From positions 124,001 to 188,000 of IMG/VR virus record IMGVR_UViG_3300032931_001151: 64,000 nt of DNA; one strand, given 5' to 3'. The notes beneath the pieces are model-generated. The model searched no databases. It saw nothing but the letters and a program-made list of their open reading frames with translations, and had not been told where the DNA came from. Each line of letters starts with the position of its first letter. Within the stretch, counting starts at the first letter, position 1. The translations under genes and the position numbers were made by a program. Positions 36,729-44,773 of the stretch are shown piece by piece.

Positions 36729-38553
36729 TAGTAAAAAAAGGATAGATATTATATATCAAGGAAGAAAGATAGTAATTCCAATTGGCGGATTTATTGAAGG
36801 ACCGCCACATTTAAAATTATATAAGGGACTTGAATTATGTATAGATGCTACTAATAAGGTAGCACTCAACTCCTCCAAAAAAATAGAGTCAACTTTAGAT
36901 ATAAACCAAGAGAATATAAACAACATAAATAAAACAATTCAATATATTAGCGATTATACGACTCTACCATCTATATCTATTTGTATATTAACAAAGAATA
37001 AATTACATTTTATCTCCGATTGCATAAATTCTATTCTTGATAAAGTTAAATATCCTAATACAAAAATATTGTTATTTGATACTGGAACAACCGAGCAAGA
37101 AGTTTTAAATTATTATAAAACACTTTCTAATACAAGAATACCTATTATTATTCATAATATAGGAAAATATCATTTTTCAACAAATTACAACGATGGAATA
37201 TTTAAATGCGTTGATACTGATTATTGTCTAATTCAAAATAATGATACTATTGCGTTGAATGATTACGTTAGTAAATTAATGAAAATTTCTATTATTGAAA
37301 AAGTGGGTGCTTGTGGACCTAGAATGTTATATAAAAATGGCACTATACAACACGACGGTCAATATATGTTTAACCATCAAGTAGGATCCGGATTTGTTAA
37401 TCCAGGCCATTTAGGAATGGGAAAATTACCATCTGAAGTTGGAGGAGGTAGACATCTAGTTGATGGCATAACTGCGGCAGGTCAACTTGTTAGAACTAAA
37501 TTATTTAAGAAATTAGGAGGATTTAATACTAATTTTAAAGACATCTATCAAGATGTCCATTTTAATATGACATTAAGAGGGAATGGATATATTTCTATTT
37601 GTGATAGAGATGCGGTAATTAATCACTATGACAATTCTTCTCGTAAAGATTCGTTTCATATACAGGAAGAAGTTGCAAAGATGTGGAAAGATAGTAACTA
37701 TCTATTCCATGAATTAATCCCTCGTGATGGCACATTACGGAATTTTAAAAGAAAAACGCCAATATTTAGCATTATTACATTAGTAAACGATAAAAAACAA
37801 TATATTGATTTTCTAGAAGATCTAAAAAATCAAAAATTTAATGGAATATTTGAAGTAATAGCCTTGCCAAATTTTAATGACGAATATAAAAGTGCAGCGG
37901 AAGCACTTAATGTTGGTAAAGATATAGCAGAAGGTGACTATGTAATGTATTGTCATCAAGATTTAAAAGTTCCATGTGATTGGCTTCTAAAAATATCAAA
38001 TAATATAAACTCATTAAATATGAAATCTATTGGGTTTCTTGGAATGGCTGGAGTTCTTTACAAAGAAGAAAATAATAAAAAGCAAGATGCTGCCATATTT
38101 CTTTCTAATTTAAATAGCAATAAACAAAAATTGTCGGATTACTATATGAAATTAGTGGGAGACAAACTTGAAGTTCAATGTTTAGACGAATTATGTATTA
38201 TAGGGTCTAGATCTGACCGCTATAGATTTGATGAGATTAATTTTGATCACTATCATTGGTATGGAGCCGACATATGCTTACAAGCATTGGTAGATAGTAG
38301 AAAGAATTATGCCATTAATGCCGAATGCTATCATTTATCCAATGGAGTATCCAATTTCAATAGAAGTGGGCATAGTGAAAAATATATAGAAGGTTCAAAA
38401 AAACTATATATTAAGTGGACACCTAAAATAAGTGAATTTAGAACAACTACCGCAACGTTCATTAAATCTACGAAAACTATTAAATTTTTAGTATATAAAG
38501 TATTACCAAATGAATTAAAAAAGAATTTTATTGAAACAATCTTAATGACTTGA
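36709..38553 (+). CDS. Two-domain GT-A (GT2) glycosyltransferase; first domain WbbL/rhamnosyltransferase-like
   Basis: Domain 1: 'ISICILTKN', 'LIQNNDT', 'VGACGPRML', 'FKKLGGF...YQDV'. Domain 2: 'FSIITLVN', 'ALNVG', 'YCHQDL', 'HWYGADICLQ'. Confidence 0.8.
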   Translation: MPKFQNNSKKRIDIIYQGRKIVIPIGGFIEGPPHLKLYKGLELCIDATNKVALNSSKKIESTLDINQENINNINKTIQYISDYTTLPSISICILTKNKLHFISDCINSILDKVKYPNTKILLFDTGTTEQEVLNYYKTLSNTRIPIIIHNIGKYHFSTNYNDGIFKCVDTDYCLIQNNDTIALNDYVSKLMKISIIEKVGACGPRMLYKNGTIQHDGQYMFNHQVGSGFVNPGHLGMGKLPSEVGGGRHLVDGITAAGQLVRTKLFKKLGGFNTNFKDIYQDVHFNMTLRGNGYISICDRDAVINHYDNSSRKDSFHIQEEVAKMWKDSNYLFHELIPRDGTLRNFKRKTPIFSIITLVNDKKQYIDFLEDLKNQKFNGIFEVIALPNFNDEYKSAAEALNVGKDIAEGDYVMYCHQDLKVPCDWLLKISNNINSLNMKSIGFLGMAGVLYKEENNKKQDAAIFLSNLNSNKQKLSDYYMKLVGDKLEVQCLDELCIIGSRSDRYRFDEINFDHYHWYGADICLQALVDSRKNYAINAECYHLSNGVSNFNRSGHSEKYIEGSKKLYIKWTPKISEFRTTTATFIKSTKTIKFLVYKVLPNELKKNFIETILMT

Positions 38554-38563
38554 AAGAATTATG

Positions 38564-38592
38564 TTGAAGAATATGTTTTTGGATTGTATAAT
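38564..38592 (+). promoter_or_regulatory. Sigma70-type promoter facing a long non-coding region
   Basis: TTGAAG-N17-TATAAT. Confidence 0.65.
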
Positions 38593-38597
38593 GAATA

Positions 38598-39110
38598 GGT
38601 CGCTCTTTAAAACTATCTTATCTAATGGAGATATAAAAGTACATTAGAGATTTTTAGACATCATTTTTATTAAAATGATTCCACGATGCTACATATAAGG
38701 TTATTATTATCCTTATATTCTGGAGAGAAGGGTTGGAGATCCTGTAGTATGGTACGCTAGTGATAGTCTACCCAACAAATTGCTTTGACGGTAATCATAT
38801 AGTTTAATTGATTACTAACACGCAAAAAAAATAAATTATACATAAAACTAATCAAAGTATAACTCCGCAACTTAGGAGTTTATTACCTCTACTTAAGCTA
38901 AAATCTTCTTTAGTGGCTACTAATTAACCAAAGTGGTGGAAGTAACTAAAAAGAAATAAAAGTTCGTGTAACTTGAAATAACTAGTAAAAAGCCTTCTTA
39001 AAAGAAAATGTAAATAAAATAACACGGAAGGATTTTAAGGAAGAATTGTTTTTAATTTTGTTTTATATAATAGATAATAAAAAACCACCATATTGTGTAT
39101 GGTGGTTTAA
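38598..39110 (+). ncRNA. Candidate structured non-coding RNA (or transcription-activated origin)
   Basis: About 510 nt without a credible ORF, downstream of a promoter, with multiple hairpins; family not recognised. Confidence 0.35.
39082..39108. terminator. Terminator hairpin (best U-tract on the minus strand; possibly bidirectional)
   Basis: AAACCACCATA/TATGGTGGTTT stem. Confidence 0.75.
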
Positions 39111-39131
39111 TTTAATAAATATGTTAATGTA

Positions 39132-40952
39132 TTATATAATTTTATCTATTGAAGTAAATTCATTCTTTTTAATTAAATGTATAATACTATCAAATATTTC
39201 TTCACCCAGTTCTTTTTTATGTGAAATAATGTAAATACATTTATCAGGACAATTAGTTTTAAATCCATTCTTTAAATGCTCTAAAAATGATTCGGCTCCT
39301 ACGGTATCCAATGATGTATCAAGTACTTCATCAAGTACTAATATATTTGTATCAATTGAATTTCTCTCTTTTGATACATCCATTAAAGCAAGAAGTAATG
39401 CTAAATCTATTCTTTTCTTTTCTCCACCAGAAAACGACTCGTATGATCTTATATCTTTATTTCTTGCTATTAATTTTTCTTTTAGTTCACTATCAAACGT
39501 AATAGTATAATCGGAACCTAACATTGATAAGTAAAAATTAACTTTTTTGTTCAAAATAGGTAATACTTTCATCGTTACATATTTTCTTACACCATCTTCT
39601 CCAAGTAAACCTCTAATAAATTTATTGTACTTAAAGTCTTTTTGGGCAATATTAAATTTTTCTTCGGCTAATTTAACTAAATTTTCTAATTTATTATATT
39701 CTTGTTGGGATATAATCTCTTTTATTTCAAGTTTTCTTTTAATTTCTCTTTCTAAGTTATCATTAGAATTTTTAATTGACATTTCTAATTCACGAATTTT
39801 ATTTTTAGCCATTCGTAATTTATCAACATTATCTTCAAGTTTTGAAATTTTTTCTGTTATTAATTTTGAATTTGTATAACATTCGTTAATAAATGTAGTA
39901 TATTCATTAATTTTTTTATTTAAGTCGTTAACTTTAAGTTTTAAATTATTAACATATTCGGTAATTAATGGATTATTGGTTGAAGTTTGGCATAGCGGAC
40001 AATGTTCCGTATGTTCAAGTTTAGCCAATACACTATTATTCATTTTTATTTCTGTTTCTAATTTTGATTTATCATTAATATAACCATTTCGTTTAATTGT
40101 AATATCATTAAGTTCTTTCTTCAATGTATGAAGTAAATCATCAAAATTGACATCTTTAATTTTTTCTTCTATCTTATTTTTATTAATTTCAAATGATTGT
40201 ATTTCATCTTTTAAATCTTGAATTCTTTTTTGTTTATCCGTTTCAAACTTCAAAGTTTCAATAAGCAATGACTCTCTTCTATCTTTAGTTAAAGAAAGAG
40301 TATTAACCGCATTCTTTAGATCATTTTCAAGTACTGTTATATCACTTTTGGCATTTAGATGTTTAGTTTTAGCCTTATCACTCATTCTTCCATAGATTGA
40401 AAGAGATAGAATGTCTTCTAACACCGATCTTTTAGATGCAGGATCCATACTTAAAAATGGTACAGAGTGGTTTACATTTAAAATAATCATATTAGTGAAG
40501 CAAGTAAAACTAATTTTTATTTTTTCTTCAAGTAACGATTGGGTGTGTTTAATACTGTCCAATTGAATTTCATTGTCATCTTCCCAAACATCTGGGTTAA
40601 TTTCCCAATCCTTTATATCCTTTTCCCAAATTTTCAATAAATTCGGTTTAATTCCTCTTTCGATTTTATAAGCTTTATCTCCAATTTTGAAAGTTCCACT
40701 TAATAAACATCCATCACCATTTGTAGTATTAATAATTTCATCTTTATTAATATTTCTTAATGTTTTACCATAAAGTAAGTATGTTAACGATTCGGCTAAT
40801 AAAGTAGTTTTACCAATACCATTTCTTATAGTAGTATTTGGGACTAAATTGCCGGTTACAGCATGTATTCCCGGAGTATATTTGAAGGTTGTTGGAATAT
40901 TTCCAAAAGATAGAAAGTTTTGGATAGTTATATCAATGAACTCTAATTTCAT
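39132..40952 (-). CDS. gp46: Recombination endonuclease subunit gp46 (Rad50/SbcC-like)
   Basis: 'QNFLSFGN', Walker A 'NGIGKT', zinc hook 'CPLC', 'FSGGEK', 'LDEVLD'. Confidence 0.95.
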   Translation of the reverse strand: MKLEFIDITIQNFLSFGNIPTTFKYTPGIHAVTGNLVPNTTIRNGIGKTTLLAESLTYLLYGKTLRNINKDEIINTTNGDGCLLSGTFKIGDKAYKIERGIKPNLLKIWEKDIKDWEINPDVWEDDNEIQLDSIKHTQSLLEEKIKISFTCFTNMIILNVNHSVPFLSMDPASKRSVLEDILSLSIYGRMSDKAKTKHLNAKSDITVLENDLKNAVNTLSLTKDRRESLLIETLKFETDKQKRIQDLKDEIQSFEINKNKIEEKIKDVNFDDLLHTLKKELNDITIKRNGYINDKSKLETEIKMNNSVLAKLEHTEHCPLCQTSTNNPLITEYVNNLKLKVNDLNKKINEYTTFINECYTNSKLITEKISKLEDNVDKLRMAKNKIRELEMSIKNSNDNLEREIKRKLEIKEIISQQEYNKLENLVKLAEEKFNIAQKDFKYNKFIRGLLGEDGVRKYVTMKVLPILNKKVNFYLSMLGSDYTITFDSELKEKLIARNKDIRSYESFSGGEKKRIDLALLLALMDVSKERNSIDTNILVLDEVLDTSLDTVGAESFLEHLKNGFKTNCPDKCIYIISHKKELGEEIFDSIIHLIKKNEFTSIDKII

Positions 40953-40953
40953 A

Positions 40954-42033
40954 TTAGTCCCCCTCTTTCAATGATTCGCTATAAATCTCCATAAGATAAC
41001 TCTTTAACTCCGTTTTATCTATTCCATCTTCGTCTATATCAAGATTTTCTACACATTCCATTAGTAAACTAAATGGATCGCTAATTTTAGTAATATCTAT
41101 ATCGGAATCCTCTACTATTGAATCAATAATAGTGTTTTCTACTTCAAAAGTTAAAGATTCCATGCTTTCTAGTTTTGCTCTTGCTTTTATAAGCCACGAC
41201 TCATCAACTTTTTTATCAATCATAAATTTAATATGATTTCCCTTAATCTTCTTTAAAATAGTCATATTTTTAGTTTCAACATCATTAATGAATACCTTAA
41301 CAAATTCTGGGCTTTTGTCATTTTTTATAAAAGTGTGTTTTTCTTCATCTATATCCCAAATATTAATACCTTTGTCGTCACCATAGTCGCCCCAATTTTG
41401 TTGAAATGGGCATCCTAAATAGGTAACATTATCAATAGTATTCCTTATATGGTAATGTCCAGTAAATACTTTTTTAAAGTTCTTAAATGCTGATATTGGT
41501 AAATTTTCAGTGTCATAAGTACCTCTACTTATTTCAAACCCTCTTACTTCAAAGTGACCTAAACAAAGATCATAGAATACATCATTCGATGAAGTTGATA
41601 GAAAATGAGTATGTTCATTGCCACCCGGAACCAACCAAGGATATGTAATTATTTTTTTGCCGTTTATAGTTTCCGTGGTTACTTTATCAATAATTTCAAT
41701 ATTACCTATATGCCTTAAACAATCAATTGAATTAACATCAATTCTATTTTTATAGTAAATATCGTGATTTCCTAATAATATTTTGAATTTTACGTTAGGT
41801 CTATTGGTTTTATACCATCTAAAGGCATCCATAGCCACTGAAAGGGTTCTTACATTAATATTATTGCGACAATCAAATAAATCACCCAATATTCTTACGT
41901 CGGTTATTTTTTGATTATCTAACACATCAAGAAAAGTCTCGGTTAATAACTTTTTAATTATTTCTAGATATGTTTCACTATTATTACGGCACCCGAAGTG
42001 AATGTCGCTTATTAATGCTATTTTATATCCCAT
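40954..42033 (-). CDS. gp47: Recombination endonuclease subunit gp47 (Mre11/SbcD-like)
   Basis: 'SDIHFG', 'GDLFD', 'GNHD', 'GHFE', 'GHYH'. Confidence 0.95.
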   Translation of the reverse strand: MGYKIALISDIHFGCRNNSETYLEIIKKLLTETFLDVLDNQKITDVRILGDLFDCRNNINVRTLSVAMDAFRWYKTNRPNVKFKILLGNHDIYYKNRIDVNSIDCLRHIGNIEIIDKVTTETINGKKIITYPWLVPGGNEHTHFLSTSSNDVFYDLCLGHFEVRGFEISRGTYDTENLPISAFKNFKKVFTGHYHIRNTIDNVTYLGCPFQQNWGDYGDDKGINIWDIDEEKHTFIKNDKSPEFVKVFINDVETKNMTILKKIKGNHIKFMIDKKVDESWLIKARAKLESMESLTFEVENTIIDSIVEDSDIDITKISDPFSLLMECVENLDIDEDGIDKTELKSYLMEIYSESLKEGD

Positions 42034-42102
42034 ATCCTATCCCCTTATCTATAGTTCCATTTGTTAATTATAGGTCCAAGAAACGGGGATAAAAATGAAA
42101 TA

Positions 42103-42558
42103 TTAAAGGTCTTCGGCAATAGAAAATGATAATTTTTGAAGAGATACTTTATCTTGATTTTTAATTAAGGCGTCTTTAACCTTACTTTGATGTTTCTCTT
42201 TGTACATAACTTGAATAAATGCTCTTACTATTATAGTAGTACAGTAGCTAAAAGCATCGGTTGGTTTTCCCTCTCTCGTTTTTCTAGTTGGATCGTAATT
42301 ATGACTATATTTTAGAAGATGTAATAGAGCCGTCCCTTCCATATCAGATTTATACGTATAGTCTTTAAAATTATGGGCACTTGATACTCTAGATACATGT
42401 AACATGAATAATTCACCAAGTCTATCGGTGGCTTTACCAGTTTTAGTATATTTTATCAATTCATTAGAATATTCGTCTTTATCAATATAATACCGTGATT
42501 CGTCAGAGAACGTTCTTCTTTTTCTTAGAATAATTCTCTTCTTTTCTTTTTTGGACAT
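42103..42558 (-). CDS. gp55: Late transcription sigma factor gp55
   Basis: 'NFKDYTYKSDM', 'KYSHNYDP', 'AFSYCTTIIVRAF...KEK'; synteny 55-47-46. Confidence 0.88.
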   Translation of the reverse strand: MSKKEKKRIILRKRRTFSDESRYYIDKDEYSNELIKYTKTGKATDRLGELFMLHVSRVSSAHNFKDYTYKSDMEGTALLHLLKYSHNYDPTRKTREGKPTDAFSYCTTIIVRAFIQVMYKEKHQSKVKDALIKNQDKVSLQKLSFSIAEDL

Positions 42559-42585
42559 ATAATATCTCCTTATAGATTTAACTAT

Positions 42586-42654
42586 ATTATAACATTAAGA
42601 TACAATATATTGTAAATTATTTAGTTATAAAATTTACGAACTATGTGTTATAAT
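42586..42654. promoter_or_regulatory. Divergent extended -10 promoters (TGTTATAAT on both strands)
   Basis: Minus-strand site at 42594-42586 before gp55; plus-strand site at 42646-42654 before the glycosyltransferase. Confidence 0.6.
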
Positions 42655-42682
42655 ATTTTTATTAATACCTTGAAAGGAATTT

Positions 42683-43726
42683 ATGACTACTCAAAATCAA
42701 CCTGATAAAAATATTGTTAACTTTCCATCAGACAAGAATGGGTGTGGATATTATAGAACATTTATACCCTATGGCTATTTAGCTTGTAAATATAATTATA
42801 ATGTTACGAACCTAATGGAATTCGTATTTGATTTAAATTTTATAGCAAGATCGCAATCTATAAGATTTCAACGTCAAGTAACAGAAGCACAAAAGAAAGT
42901 AGTTTTTGAGTATAAAAAAGTAATTCAACGAGTTGGCGCAAAAACTAAGTTAATTTACGAGATTGACGATAATGTACATGAAATTATGCCGTCCAATATA
43001 GTAGCATATCAATTCTACACCGAGACGAAAAAGAATAATATGCTTCAGATTATGAGGAATGTTGATAAAGTAACCTTTAGTACACAATTCCTTAAAGATT
43101 ATTACAAAGAGAGATTTGGCATTGAAAATTCTATAGTTGTTCCAAATTATCTACCAAAATTCCTTTGGGGTGGAGCCGGTAAGAGAGATAAGTACAAAAA
43201 AGGATCAAAGCCAAGAATTTTATGGGCAGGTTCCGCCTCGCACGTAGGAAAAGGGGGAGATTTAGAATTCTTATTACCTTTAATTAAGAAGACGAAGGAT
43301 GAGTTTGAATGGGTATTCTTTGGTGTAATTCCCCCAGAATTAACTGGTCAATTTGAATTCCACAATTGGTCGGATTTTTATTCTTATCCCGCCGCACTAG
43401 ACGCTATTAATGCGGATATAGCTTTAGCTCCAATTTGTGATAATGCTTTCAATTATGGAAAATCCGATTTGAAATTGCTTGAATATGCGGCATTAGGTCT
43501 TCCCGGAGTATACTCATCAATAGGTGATGGTCTAGGCCCATACGATCTAGTTGAAGGTATTCCATGTGTTAAAAATAATATGGATGAGTGGTATCAAGCT
43601 ATTAAAGGGCTAACTAGCGATCAAGCAAAATGGGATGCGGCACTTCAAGCATCACAAAGAGAATTATCAAAGCGTTGGTTAGAGGATGAGAGTAATATAA
43701 AAGTTTACCACGATGTACATTCTTGA
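42683..43726 (+). CDS. GT-B fold (GT4-like) glycosyltransferase
   Basis: 'GCGYYR', 'YEIDD', 'VVPNYLP', 'ILWAGSASH', 'DIALAP...FNYGKSDLKLLEYAALGLP'. Confidence 0.8.
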   Translation: MTTQNQPDKNIVNFPSDKNGCGYYRTFIPYGYLACKYNYNVTNLMEFVFDLNFIARSQSIRFQRQVTEAQKKVVFEYKKVIQRVGAKTKLIYEIDDNVHEIMPSNIVAYQFYTETKKNNMLQIMRNVDKVTFSTQFLKDYYKERFGIENSIVVPNYLPKFLWGGAGKRDKYKKGSKPRILWAGSASHVGKGGDLEFLLPLIKKTKDEFEWVFFGVIPPELTGQFEFHNWSDFYSYPAALDAINADIALAPICDNAFNYGKSDLKLLEYAALGLPGVYSSIGDGLGPYDLVEGIPCVKNNMDEWYQAIKGLTSDQAKWDAALQASQRELSKRWLEDESNIKVYHDVHS

Positions 43727-43741
43727 TAAAAGGAATATAAA

Positions 43742-44143
43742 ATGGATGACCCAACGAATGTATTAGTTGACCAAGAAGTATCCGATGCCATATCAAAAAG
43801 ATGTGCTGAAGAAAAAAGAAAAGAAGAAATTCGTCAAGAAATGAAGATGGCAGACGCAAGAGCGAAAATGAAAAATAAAAATGTTGTAAATGATGCAAAA
43901 GTAATAGCTCAACCATCGGAAATTGTCCAACCAACAAAAAAAGAAGAAATTTCCGAGCCGATTAAGGTAGAAAACGGAGAAGAGTTGGTAACTAAACAAA
44001 AATTAGTGGAAGTTGTTGGCGGAATAAACAAAAGTTTTGCATGGTTAGAGAAGTTTATACAAGCACAAAATACGCAAAATGCAAAAGTTAATAAATTTAT
44101 TTCAGATATTTCAAAGGCAATTGAAGAATATAATAAAAAGTAA
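43742..44143 (+). CDS. Hypothetical protein
   Basis: SD AAGGA; coiled-coil-like. Confidence 0.6.
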   Translation: MDDPTNVLVDQEVSDAISKRCAEEKRKEEIRQEMKMADARAKMKNKNVVNDAKVIAQPSEIVQPTKKEEISEPIKVENGEELVTKQKLVEVVGGINKSFAWLEKFIQAQNTQNAKVNKFISDISKAIEEYNKK

Positions 44144-44203
44144 TTTCTATTTTTGATTTTGGATTTATATTATGGTCATCACCTAATGAAAAGGAGTATA
44201 TGT

Positions 44204-44593
44204 ATGGGTAAAAAACCTAACGACGTTGAAGAAGATAAGAAACCACCAAAACCAAAGAAAATTTTTATGTTAACATATGAATTTTGGGACGATGGCGAAG
44301 TGACTTGTTCTAGAATAGAAAAGGTCCCTCAAGAAAGAGGTGCTCCAAAAAATCTTCCTTATTTTGAAGAGAATAAATTAGATTTTGTTACTTCTCTTAA
44401 GTCAAGGTTGGCCAAGGATAAATATGAAATTTTCCAAGAGGTTATAAAAGCAATTTCAATAACGGAAGATGAAATTAAGCATTTTTATGCTCCAACTACA
44501 AAAAAAGTAATGACCAAAGAGGACGCTGATATAGTTAGCGAAGTTAACAAAAAAGATTCTAAAGTAGATGGGTTTGATTTTGAAGAAAAATGA
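44204..44593 (+). CDS. Hypothetical protein
   Basis: Start at 44204 after SD AAGGAG. Confidence 0.6.
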   Translation: MGKKPNDVEEDKKPPKPKKIFMLTYEFWDDGEVTCSRIEKVPQERGAPKNLPYFEENKLDFVTSLKSRLAKDKYEIFQEVIKAISITEDEIKHFYAPTTKKVMTKEDADIVSEVNKKDSKVDGFDFEEK

Positions 44594-44600
44594 AATAATT

Positions 44601-44670
44601 TAAAATTATTTAAAATTATTTAAAATTATTTAAAATTATTTAAAATTATTTAAAATTATTTAAAATTATT
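44601..44670. repeat. Perfect tandem repeat (TAAAATTATT)x7
   Basis: Seven exact 10-bp copies read directly from the sequence. Confidence 0.95.
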
Positions 44671-44671
44671 T

Positions 44672-44708
44672 AAATAAAGGGGAAGTAAATCTTCCCCTTT
44701 ATTTTTTT
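44672..44708 (+). terminator. Intrinsic terminator upstream of the DNA polymerase gene
   Basis: AAATAAAGGGGAAG/CTTCCCCTTTATTT stem followed by a T-run. Confidence 0.85.
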
Positions 44709-44773
44709 GTTCTTGGATGTTAAATAGGTAATACATCAAGACGAAACCCCGTCTTACTCAATAGGATATAAAA

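Noticed and set aside
38554-39131. tRNA, tmRNA, RNase P or CRISPR array in the large intergenic gap
   Set aside because: No T-loop/acceptor stem, no recognisable RNase P or tmRNA ends, and no spaced direct repeats. The CCACCA at 39085 is part of a terminator stem.
39046-39234. 62-aa plus-strand ORF at the end of the non-coding gap
   Set aside because: TTG start, runs through the terminator hairpin and overlaps gp46 antisense; likely spurious.
44601-44670. CRISPR-like array
   Set aside because: Contiguous 10-bp units with no spacers.
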